DNA of 35,278 nucleotides from Octopus bimaculoides (Eukaryota): assembly GCF_001194135.2 (NCBI RefSeq), contig NC_069006.1:4084522-4119799 (forward strand), in the 5' to 3' direction. Positions 24,740-34,731 of this stretch are shown in pieces. A program made the translations under genes and the position numbers. The notes under the pieces were generated by a model. That model made no database searches. It saw only the letters and a list, made by a program, of their open reading frames with translations, and had not been told where the DNA came from. Position 1 is the stretch's first letter, and each line of letters starts with the position of its first letter.

Positions 24740-24975
24740 TGTCGGTTCACCTAAACCCTTTAGGCCATTCAGCTGACAAAAATGCATTGTACCTGTAATT
24801 CAAAAGGGCCAGCCTTGTCACATTCCGTGTCACGCAGAATCTCCCTGAGAACTACAATAAGGGTATGCGTGCCTGTGGAGCATTCAGCCACTTACACATT
24901 AATTTCACAAGCAGGCTGTTCCATTGACCAGATCAACTGGGACCCTTGTAATTGTAACTGACAGAAAGCCAGTAA
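24740..24975 (+). mobile_element. SINE family F body
   Basis: gccttgtcacattc.gtgtcacgc.gaatctccc.gagaactac...gcaggctgttcc matches the reverse complement of 31400-31560. Confidence 0.7.
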
Positions 24976-25518
24976 CCCCTCAACACTGCATAAAGCCTCC
25001 TCATTCTGATTCTTCCCCTCAAAGTAGGGGACTCTTTAGTCTTATTGTTCTTGTATCCACTGTGGGAGAAGGAGAAATTGTTTTAATGAATACTTTTCCA
25101 TGCTTGCATGGGTTGGACAGAGTTTATTGAAGCAGATTGACAGCTGGATGCCCTTCCTGTTGACAACCTTTACCTGTTTCCCAAGCAAGGTAATATTTCC
25201 CCATGGTCAAACATTTTTGCAGAATATTGGAAACGAAGGACATTCATTTAAGACAAAGAGGCATAAACATATCCACACACATCATGGGCTTCTTTCAGTT
25301 TCCATTTACTAAATCCACTCAAGGATTTAATTGGCCAGGAGATATAGTAAAAGACACTTGCCCAAGATGCCACATGGTGTGACTGAGCCTGAAGCCATGT
25401 GGTTGGGAAGCAAACTACACAGCTACACTATGAAAGGAATCCAAAATAAACTCAGGATTCTAACCCTGAAAATGTTAGAGAAGAGCAGTGCCAGACCAAA
25501 ACAAGTGTGAATACTTAC

Positions 25519-25663
25519 TACAATGAGTGCCAATTACTTTTATACACAATTCCACGGACGTTTGTGGTGTTTTTGCCTTTTGGAAGATGTGAAGAATAAT
25601 TTCTTCAACCTCCTTTAAATCATAATAACTGGAGACCAATTCATTAAATTCTTCTTCATGTTT
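25519..25663 (-). CDS. Gene 2 exon (KHEEEFNELVSSYYDLKEVEEIILHIF...VIGTHC)
   Basis: Strong acceptor TTTCTTTCTTTCCAG and donor A|GTAAGT; 145 nt, phase 0 to 1, matching both neighbours. Confidence 0.85.
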
Positions 25664-25936
25664 CTGGAAAGAAAGAAAAAAGAACCATGAAAAATAAAAA
25701 ACTTGTTCGGAAAGTATACAACATTATTAAGCTAGGCACTAAGAAAGGAGTGACCCTGGTTGCATGAAGACCTACAGCAGTCACCAAAGATCACAATCAC
25801 TTAAATGCAATCCTTAAAAGAAAATGAATTAAAGAAGGGCTCCCCACCCGTCAAACTAAGGACCAGTACTAGGATGCAGAAAAATCTAAGTTCTATTTTA
25901 TTGACTGTTGCAGTTTGCAGAGTGTTTTTGTTACAC

Positions 25937-25940
<4 letters not shown>

Positions 25941-26018
<78 letters not shown>

Positions 26019-26038
26019 AGAGAGAGAGAGAGAGAGAG
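25941..26038. repeat. (AG)n microsatellite
   Basis: Direct reading. Other microsatellites: (TACA/CA)n 1-240 and 455-760, (CAC)n 8316-8366, (AAC)n 13387-13424, (TAGA)n 13730-13830, (AT)n beside several gaps, (AG)-rich 17420-17600. Confidence 0.95.
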
Positions 26039-26344
26039 TGTGTGTGTATATATATTAGTCTAGTGGTGGTCTGCCCATAGGAAGGTCCTGTGCATGTAAA
26101 CCTTCTCCAACGCTCTGTATGCGACCCAAGAAGGCCTGTACCTTCCCCTGCCATCATAAAATAGATTACTGGAACTTTGGCCTCCACAACTAGACTACAG
26201 ACGAATACTGGATTGGTTTTCTATTGCCTTCTCCATCCAAGTGGGATTTGAACTCAGAATGTAGAGATCCGGAAGATATACCATAAAGCATTTCTGCTGA
26301 TGCACCAACGATTCTGCCAGAAAAAGGTGTGGGCTGCAAAGGGA

Positions 26345-26540
26345 AGCTGAAGCTGTTCAAAACACTGGTCTGACAAGTGTTATTTTACGGATGTGAAAAC
26401 TGGAAAGGGACAAAAAAGTGGAAGGAGAAAAAGAATGGACAGAATCTAATTCATAATCTTAAAAGGAGAATACTTGATATCAAGTGGCTGCAAGGAGTCT
26501 GAAATAACAATTGAGACAACAATGGGTATCAACAGAATCA
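26345..26540 (+). mobile_element. RTE LINE reverse-transcriptase C-terminal fragment
   Basis: KLFKTLV*QVLFYGCENWK fits the RTE motif LYKxLVxPVLLYGCETW; contains stops. Confidence 0.55.
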
Positions 26541-26789
26541 GGGACAAATAAGATGCAGGCATTTGAACTGGGCTGGATGTATCCTCAGATAAAAATCAAG
26601 AAAGCTATTGTACTTGGTCAGATCAATAAGTATCTGGACCGTTGTCATAGTAATGAAGCTAAAGCATGAAGAATGAAGCCACTTGGTACAGATTGACTTT
26701 GAACTCTGCTTTGCATGCACACTAAGTTTTAACATTCTAGCTCACTTGTGCTGTTTACAGCAGTGCTTGGAAGTAATGTGTGTAGCATG

Positions 26790-27120
26790 TGATCATCGCA
26801 TTGACCATGATAGAGAAAGATGAGCAAAGAATCTGCATCAAATTTTGCCAAAATCTTTGTGATACCTGCTTAGAGGCCTATGAAAAGTTTACAAAACGTT
26901 TTCATTGTTCTCGACAAGAAACCCGAGTGTGTTTCTGGTCAGCTGAAAGCAGTTTTGGCACAAACTTGGCAGACATGTGTCTCATACTCAAATCCTCAAT
27001 AATAACTGACTGAACTTAACTGTAACATCCAGATATGCCACAGATGGTGATTCCATGATTTCCCCTCAGCTGCACGTACATCTGCAATGTTTTTCTCAGT
27101 TCTACTGGGTGCTGGCAGAC
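26790..27120. mobile_element. Two mariner transposase fragments in opposite orientation
   Basis: Plus strand: EQRICIKFCQNLCDTCLEAYEK (HTH1, about 26820-26890). Minus strand: IEDLSMRHMSAKFVPKLLSADQKHTRV (27000-26915), the mariner WVP-linker region. Confidence 0.7.
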
Positions 27121-27419
27121 ATCTTTTTTACTTGTCATTTGACTGCTGCCATGCTGGAGCACTGCCTTGAAGGGATCTAGTCAAATAAATTGACCTTGGG
27201 ATTTGGTTTTTAAGCCTAGTATTTATTCTATCGGTTCCTTTTGTTGTAGTGCTAAGTTGTCAAGTGGTGATGGCAGACACAAACACAGACACACATATAT
27301 ACAGGCTTCTTTCAGTTTCTATCTACCAAATTCTATGCAGCGGGACTGAATCTGAAACCATGTGGTTGGGAAGCAAGCTTCTTACCACACAGCCATGTTT
27401 GCACCTATAAAAACTAGCG

Positions 27420-27487
27420 TTTCCATGCTGGGAATCTAATCTGGGCTACCTGAGTGAAAGCCAGGAATCCTAACCACTAGACCATAC
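27420..27487 (-). pseudogene. tRNA-Glu(TTC)-derived pseudogene
   Basis: Minus GTATGGTCTAGTGGTTAGGATTCCTGGC-TTTCAC-TCAGGTAGCCCAGATTAGATTCCCAGCATGGAAA matches eukaryotic tRNA-Glu, with anticodon TTC at 27458-27456. The 5' acceptor strand is lost and the T-arm/B-box is mutated. Confidence 0.65.
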
Positions 27488-27628
27488 ACAAAATACAGAA
27501 AACATTTGATATCTTAAGCTTTATAAAACATACAGATTTTAGTAAATCAACTGACAAGATTACGTATGCAGGCAAGCACACTCACAATGTGCTTTTGCAT
27601 AAAATATTTAAATTTAAAAGGTACTCAC

Positions 27629-27693
27629 CTGAAAAAGCTTGTCAACACTGTTAATAAGAGTCACCTTAAGTTGTATAGGGTGATAGCATTTAT
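27629..27693 (-). CDS. Gene 2 exon (KCYHPIQLKVTLINSVDKLFQ)
   Basis: Acceptor TTCCTTTCCAG and donor CAG|GTGAGT; 65 nt, phase 1 to 0. Confidence 0.8.
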
Positions 27694-27949
27694 CTGGAAA
27701 GGAATATTTAAAATACTGAAAGTAATCTAACATGATTTAAAGGGTTTATTATGTAAAGTGTTACTTAGCATACAAATTAATGAACTTATTGTCATTATTC
27801 AATATCTGTCTTCCATGCTGGCATGGGTTGGTTGGTTTGATAGGACCTGACTTCAAGCTCTGTCCGCTTTGGCAGGATTTTTACGGCTGGACGACTTCCC
27901 TGACACCAACCGCTTTACAGAGTGGACCAAAAGGTTAAACACAGAGGCA

Positions 27950-28820
27950 AAAGGTGAAGTGTAAGAATCTTGGGGCCACATTTACAAGAAATGGGAGGCA
28001 GGAGGATGAATTGGATGCCAGGATTGCAGGTTCAGACACAGTTAGGTGCCAGCTTCAACATTTGATCCTCAAAAGAGGAATGGTTAAAAAAAAGCCAAAC
28101 TTGATATCTTCATTTTGGTTTTTGCATCTATCCTCAATCTTTGGTCATGAATGATGGGTAATGACTGAAAGGGTATGATTGTGAGTTCAAGTGGCCAAAA
28201 TGGGGTTCCTCTGGAGGATCTCTGGAGTAATGTTACTAGACAGGGTGCTAAGCTTTGAGATCAGGGTCTCTCTCTCCAGGTGAACCTGCTATTTCTCCAC
28301 ATTGAAAGATCACAGCTTTGGTACTGCAGACATGTGATTAAAATGTCAAAGGAAAAGAATTACAAAATGGATTCTTCAAGCTGAGTCACCTGGTAGAAGA
28401 CCAAAAAGTAGACCAAGAATGAAATAGTTGGGTAATATCCATTAGTCTCAGTTGGTCAGACGAGGGAAGCTGGCAAGAATTCTTAATGGATGTTTTAGAT
28501 AGGATGCTATGGAGGAAGTGTCTGAGTACTATCACCACAAACCTCCCAGGAATAGCAGGCAGAGAAAATGAATGGTTGGATAAATCCTAGCTCTGGAATG
28601 TGAGAGGAAAGAATTGCAAGATGGATTCTTCAGTTTGAGCCAACAAGCAGGAGACCAAGAACAAGATGGTTGGATAATATCCACAGTCTCAGTTGGCCAT
28701 ACTCAGAAATTGTGCAGGAAAGTGTAATAACTTGTTTCTGATAGGACCCTGGGAGGAAGTTTCGGAGGATTCTTCTACCATGACACTTCTAGGAATAATG
28801 GGTGGTGGAAAAAAGATGGT
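27950..28820 (+). mobile_element. Decayed Expander/Rex3-like (RTE) LINE 3' region with a duplicated tail
   Basis: KCKNLGATFTRNGRQEDELDARIAG...FGHE*WVMTER...HIERSQL fits the RTE C-terminal region. The 3' end is repeated at about 28600-28820. Confidence 0.7.
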
Positions 28821-28834
28821 TTGTTGTTAATCAC

Positions 28835-28868
28835 CTTTGCAGTTTATTCTCAAAGAACATGTTTCAAA
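28835..28868 (-). CDS. Gene 2 short exon (FETCSLRINCK)
   Basis: Acceptor TTTATCTTCCAG and donor AAG|GTGATT; 34 nt, phase 0 to 1, bridging the flanking exons in frame. Confidence 0.6.
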
Positions 28869-29178
28869 CTGGAAGATAAAGCATTGGTAGAGTAGAGTTT
28901 ATAAACATTTACAGCAGTAACCAAAGTGTGTGTGTGTGTGTGTGGGGGGGGGCATGGAATGATGGTTGTAAACCAGTTTCATCAATCACAAAAACCATGC
29001 TGTTTGTTTCTATTCTGTGAAAAGCATTGAGGAATACTGCTTTGCCTGGAAACAGGTGAGAGTTGGTGGCAGGAAGGGCATCCAGCCATAGAAAATGTTT
29101 CAAACTGACCCATGCAAGCAAGGAGAAGTAGATGTTAAAACAATGAGAGACTGATCGATCAATAAATTGATTTCGTAC

Positions 29179-29302
29179 TTTATCTTGTCTACATATTTGA
29201 CAACTAAACAAAGCCTTATGATCAAATACAGATGGCGCCATACGCTTGCAGTCCACTATAAAAGCACGCCTAGGCTTACTGATAGGTCTCAACTTGTGTG
29301 AT
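29179..29302 (-). CDS. Gene 2 exon (SHKLRPISKPRRAFIVDCKRMAPSVFDHKALFSCQICRQDK)
   Basis: Acceptor TTTTGTTTATAAAG and donor AAA|GTACGA; 124 nt, phase 2 to 0. Confidence 0.7.
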
Positions 29303-30439
29303 CTTTATAAACAAAAGATGTGCATAACCATGTCTACGCTGCCTCGTTCAGTTGATTACTTGAGTGTTAGGGTGCTTGGAAACAAGGAAGGGTTGGTGAC
29401 AGGAAGAGCATCAGGCTGTACAAAACCTGTCTCAATGAATTCCACCGGACATATGCTAGCACAGAAAAGTGGGCATTAAAGACATGGTATGGGGGCATGG
29501 ACTGTATTTGCCTAAGATTACTACTAGTATTACTACTACTGGTGGATAACTCCTTTGTACCACTCAGGCAACAACCCTCCAGTCCATGGGTCTGTTTCGG
29601 TAGTTGTTACTGGTGAGTGAGGGTTTTATGAGGATGGAGTGCAAATCCCCCCTCAATTTCTTTTAGCTGCCTTTTACAACATGCAGAGGAAATGCTGGGT
29701 CTATTCTTTGACACGCTGGTCCCGACACAGCATAAAAGTAACATGAAATGAAGTGTTTTGCATAAGAACAGAACACACTGCCCAGTCTGGGAATCGAACC
29801 CACAGCTGTGAGCGCAACACCTGAACCATTAGGCTACAGGTCTTCACAAAGAGATGGTGATGACAAAATTCTTCAAACCTTTGTAGTTGCTGGTTTAAAA
29901 AAGAAACACGTTTACTACTCCTCTGGTTTCACTCCAAGTTTGTGATACTGAGAGATATTTGTTCGAGTCAAACTGTGGCCATGCTGGGGCACTGCATTGA
30001 AGGTTTAGGCTTGGTGGATGAGAAATTGTTGAACTAAATGTTTTATTTTGATGCCCACATTTCCATGCTTGCCTGGGTTGGATGCAATTTATTGAGGCAG
30101 ATTTTCTACATCACGGTGTCCTCCTTGCCACCGACCCTCCCTTCCAAGCAAATTAACATTTCCTCATGCCTGGTCAGGTTTGGACATGATTTTGGAAATG
30201 AAAGTTTGTATGACAGTGGCACTTATTTACAACTTTGGCATGGTGTCAAGCCAATGAAACACAAACACACACATACAATGTGCTTCTTTCAGTTTCTGTC
30301 TACCAAATCCATTCACAAGGCTTTGGTCAGCCTGGGGTTATAGTTGAAGACACTGGCCCAAGGTGCCATGCAGTTGAACTGAACCCAGAACCATGTGGTT
30401 GGGAAACAAACTTTACACAGCCACACCTGCACCAATTAC

Positions 30440-30512
30440 ATTGTATAAATCAGAAACTGATGCTGGCTACTAATAAAGCAAACGGTTGAAAAGTTAGGGT
30501 AATTTTTACAGC
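30440..30512 (-). CDS. Gene 2 exon (CKNYPNFSTVCFISSQHQFLIYT)
   Basis: Acceptor CACCTTACAG and donor AT|GTAATT; 73 nt, phase 1 to 2. Confidence 0.65.
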
Positions 30513-30539
30513 CTGTAAGGTGCAGGGATTAGAGGATAT

Positions 30540-30810
30540 AGCATCCGGCTCACAATCATAAGGTAATGAGCTTGATTCCTGGACCGGGCTGTGTGTTGTA
30601 TTCTTGAGCAAGACACTTTATTTCACGTTGCTCCAGTTCACTCAGCTGTAGAAATGAGTAGCGACATCACAGGTGCCAAGCTGTATCGGCCCCTTTGCCT
30701 TTCCCTTGGATAACATCAGTGGTGTGGAGAGGAGAGGCTGCTGGTCTTCCATAAAACTTGTGTTTCGGAGGGAAACTGTCTAGGTGCAATCCCATGGTCG
30801 TTCATGAGTG
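30540..30810 (+). mobile_element. tRNA-derived SINE family E
   Basis: B-box-like TTGATTCC then ttcttgagcaagacactttatttcacgttgctccagttcactcagctg. A reverse copy lies at about 29560-29850 and a partial copy at 24582-24660. Confidence 0.6.
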
Positions 30811-30885
30811 AAGGAGGTGGGGGGGGGTGTCTTTACCCTTTACCCTGTATTAGGCAAGACATGGAAGAAGAACAGTTGGACTTAC

Positions 30886-30979
30886 ATGTCGAGTCATCTT
30901 CACGTTCCACTGGAGAATGAAGTCGAGAACTTTGATCAGACAGGAGACGAGTTGTTTGACTTACTGGGTGAGAAGTGTC
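30886..30979 (-). CDS. Gene 2 exon (DTSHPVSQTTRLLSDQSSRLHSPVEREDDST)
   Basis: Acceptor TTTTCATTTAACAG and donor AT|GTAAGT; 94 nt, phase 0 to 1. Only this frame is open across the exon. Confidence 0.62.
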
Positions 30980-31098
30980 CTGTTAAATGAAAATAACCAT
31001 CACAATTGTCTTTCGCTACAAATACAGAGGGAGTGGTAGTAAGGAAGGATCGGAAAATAGATTTATAAGCCCTAAAAATTCACTCCATAATTGCCCAC

Positions 31099-31340
31099 GG
31101 GCATATGGTGTAGTGGTTAAGGGCGCAGACTACTAACCCTAAGATTCCAAGTTTGAGTCCAGGCAGTGACCTGAATAATAGTAATAATAATAATAATATC
31201 AAAAAATACCTTAGGAATGAGAACCCAGGTTCAAAATTTCCCCAAGACACCTGATGAAGGCTGGAGGGTATATCAGCTGAAATGATGTGCTAACAACAAA
31301 CAGGATGAGGACAAATATCTGTCAAATGTAAATAATGTAC
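31099..31340 (+). mobile_element. tRNA-headed SINE family D with a hammerhead-like 3' module
   Basis: A-box TGGTGTAGTGG (31106-31116), B-box-like AGTTTGAGTCC (31150-31160), an (AAT)n linker, then CTGATGA...GAAA at 31251-31282. Confidence 0.7.
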
Positions 31341-31364
31341 ATAATTCCTCATCTCTTAAATATA

Positions 31365-31755
31365 GAACTGTTGGTTGGCACTTTGTTGGTTACGACGTTG
31401 AGGGCTCCAGTTGATCCGATCAACGGAACAGCCTGCTCGTGAAATTAACGTGCAAGTGGCTGAGCACTCCACAGACACGTGTACCCTTAACGTAGTTCTC
31501 GGGGACATTCAGCGTGACACAGAGTGTGACAAGGCTAACCCTTTGCATTACAGGCACAACAGAAACAGGAAGAAAGAGTGAGAGAAAGATGTGGTGAAAG
31601 AGTACAGCAGGGTTCACCACCATCCCCTGCCGGAGCCTTATGGAACTTTAGGTGTTTTCACTCAATAAACACTCACAACGCCCGGTCTGGGAATCAAAAC
31701 CACGATCCTACGACTGCAAGTCCGCTGCCCTAACCACTGGGCCATTGCACCTCCA
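31365..31755 (-). mobile_element. Near full-length tRNA-derived SINE family F
   Basis: Minus 5' end GGAGGTGCAATGGCCCAGTGGTTAGGGCAGCGG...GGTTTTGATTCC has A/B boxes. The body matches 24740-24975. Confidence 0.75.
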
Positions 31756-32755
31756 CATAGAACTGTACGAGATTTCAATATTGAATTTTTTTTTGTACAT
31801 GCTTTACTCTTAAATCATTTACTGTAAAGCTGCATCCTTTGATGTACCTTAATAGCAGATACAACCATTATCCCCCACTGTTACAGCTACTGTGGAAGCA
31901 AACCTTTTCTTTTAATGATTTTGTCTCAAGGCTTGAGACCACTGTAGTGTGAGAGACTACAAAGAAGGAAAAGAGAGAAGGGTACAAATTCAAAAGCTGT
32001 TTACTGAAAGCTTAAGGATTGAATATCATAAACCAGAGGAGAACAAGACAATGCTAGCAAGTTCCAGAGAGCAGCAGTCAGAGGAAAGAAGCTATTTGAA
32101 TAAAAGGAGTTATGACAAACAGGAAGTTCAACAGGGAAACAATGGGGCTGGGAAAAGAAATGGGTAATATGTTTGAATGCCTGACAGGAGGTATTAGACC
32201 AGAAAATTCAGAGCAATGACCATGGAAATACTTATAGAAATCACACACACATGCAGGTAGCATTTTTGTTACTCTTTGCCCGCTACCAAGCCCTGTATGG
32301 CTACTCCAACACCTTATGTCAAGTCTGTCTTTTACTCTCGCCTCTCTATACAATGTAAAGGATGGCTGACCAACCAACGAACATTTGTTGTGGTTATTTT
32401 TAAATAAAGATTATAAAATGTAATTGTCCTCTTAATCTTAATTGCTACATGTAAACAATGCTAAAAATCAAATTCCAAGATATGCTATTTTATCTTTATT
32501 AAAAAAAAAAATACCATTATATATATATATATATAGTAAAACATGAATAAAAAATAAACAAGTATGAATTAGATGTATAGCAAATATATTCGATATTAGT
32601 GAAAGTTTAAGATGGAAAAAATAGGGGTGGAAATGGAGTTTTGAGCATGGCTCTTCATCGGAAAGGGGGAAGTCCAGAGAAGAAGAAAAGGAAGAAAAAG
32701 AGTATTTAAAGGAAAGAAAAAGCATGCGTCGTTACATGGCCAAAAAATAACTGAC

Positions 32756-32788
32756 CGGAAGGTGAGAGAGAGATACAAAATACGGTTT
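32756..32788 (-). CDS. Candidate gene 2 exon (KPYFVSLSHLP)
   Basis: Long pyrimidine tract TCTCTCTTCCTTGCTTGCTTTCAG and donor CCG|GTCAGT; 33 nt, phase 0 to 0. Short, so it could be chance. Confidence 0.4.
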
Positions 32789-33270
32789 CTGAAAGCAAGC
32801 AAGGAAGAGAGACACACAGACAAAATGCTAATTAAATTAATTTAATAAATCTTAATGGTAATGACTAAGTATAAAAGATGCTAGAATCCCAAATCCTTAT
32901 CAAGGGAGCAAATAACAGGTAAGGGCCAGCTGGACACAATCGCCGAGAAAATAGCTATCCTTCGAGGTCCCAAACCTCATGATGAGAAAAGTAGTTTATT
33001 ATCCCTGGTGATGGCAAGCCGGCAGAGTCATTAGCATATTGGACAGAATGCTTTCAAACAGCATTTCTTCCCATTTTATGCTCTGAGCTCAAATGCTGCC
33101 AAGTTCAACTTTGCCTTTGGCCAAATGTCTTCGATTATAGTTCCAGGCTGGCCAAAGCCATGGGAGTGGATTTGGCTGACGAAAACTGAAAGAAGCCTGT
33201 TGCATTTGTACATGCACACTGTGTGTGTGTGTGTGTGTGTGAATGCATGCTTGTGCACTTGCATGTAGGC

Positions 33271-33301
<31 letters not shown>

Positions 33302-33702
33302 TTTCACCACTGCTTGACTGGCATTGCTTTGTTTACATCCCTGTGACTTAGCAGTTCAGCAAAAATAAATCCTTAGAATAATTATCGGGCTAAAAGAAAA
33401 AAAAATGTACCTGGGGTGATTTGTTCAACCAAACCCTTCAAGGTGGTGCCCTAACATGGCTGGAATCCAATTACTGAAACAAATGAAAGACAAGGCTTTT
33501 CGATGAAAACTGACCCCTAACTTGGCCCATTTATTTCATTTTGCAAAGAAGACATTCAGCTTATCAAACCACAACCAATTTAATTGGGGAAACAACCCAT
33601 ACCAGCCACTGCTTCTGTAACAAACTTTATATGTCATACGCACACACGGGGAGCTTGTAGAATCGTTAGCATGCTGGATGAAATGCCTAGTGGTAATTCA
33701 CC

Positions 33703-34045
33703 CATCCTTCAACTGCACCCCACACATAATAATCAAGGGGGTTGCAGTCTGGGGAGTTAGGTGGCCAGATGTTAGGGGTGATGTGGTCGCAGAAATTGCC
33801 TGACAGCCATTCCTGGGTTCTCCTGCTTGTGTGACATGGTACAGAGTCCTGTTGCCCGACATAGGGTCTTCCAGCAACCACTCTCTTGACCCAGGGCAGC
33901 ACTACCTCCTCCAAGCACTTGATGTAGGTCTCCGTGTTGAGTCTGAGTCCATATGGTAAGATGAATGGAGGCATAATATCGCCATCACTAGTGATCACTC
34001 CAAACACCATGATGTTGACTGGATGTTTGATTTTTATCACTCTCA
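33703..34045 (-). mobile_element. Tc1/mariner transposase catalytic fragment, DD37D (maT-type) spacing
   Basis: VMVFGVI-like IMVFGVITSDG...QQDSVPCH...WPPNSPDCNPLDYYVWG, with 37 residues between the 2nd and 3rd Asp. Truncated at both ends. Confidence 0.88.
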
Positions 34046-34654
34046 GTACATGTCCTCAGATCAACACCCAAACACTGAAATGTTCATATTGTAGCTTCTG
34101 GCGCAAACGTCAAGCTGTACAGCACGTAGATTCCAAATTTCTGGCAGAATGAATTGCGTCATGGTGCTGTTTTTCTCAGACAGTGCCCAACTGACCCCAT
34201 TATGCTGTGTAATTGGCATAATCAAAAACAATACGCGAAATTAAAATATAAAATGACAATTTACCCATCGCNNNNNNNNNNNNNNNNNNNNNNNNNNNNN
34301 NNNNNNNNNNNNNNNNNNNNNNNNNNNNNNNNNNNNNNNNNNNNNNNNNNNNNNNNNNNNNNNNNNNNNNNNNNNNNNNNNNNNNNNNNNNNNNNNNNNN
34401 NNNNNNNNNNNNNNNNNNNNNNNNNNNNNNNNNNNNNNNNNNNNNNNNNNNNNNNNNNNNNNNNNNNNNNNNNNNNNNNNNNNNNNNNNNNNNNNNNNNN
34501 NNNNNNNNNNNNNNNNNNNNNNNNNNNNTGTGTGTGTGTGTGTGTATCTACACGCGCGCACACGCATATATTGTTTAGACCGTTAGTGGGATACATAGTG
34601 ATAAGAAAATGAGATGACAAAGGAATAAACGATCTTATGAACTGCATATTCAAG

Positions 34655-34731
34655 GCTCCGATGAGACTACAAGGTGTTATTCAGGCACTCAACTATGAGC
34701 TCACTGCACCTTAGTAGAAACCGCTGTCAGC
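34655..34731 (+). ncRNA. Degenerate type I hammerhead-ribozyme-like fold
   Basis: Stem I GCT/AGC, core CCGATGA (U4 to C versus CUGAUGA), stem II GACTACAAGGTG/CACCTT--AGTA, GAAAC, loop CGCT, then a GTC cleavage triplet. Confidence 0.45.

Noticed and set aside
31099-31170. tRNA-like sequences at SINE heads (also 31690-31755 and 7130-7195)
   Set aside because: They continue into repeat bodies and do not form complete cloverleafs, so they are SINE heads, not tRNA genes.
33602-33613. Possible 12-nt microexon (KQWL) for gene 2
   Set aside because: Too short to distinguish from chance without transcript data.
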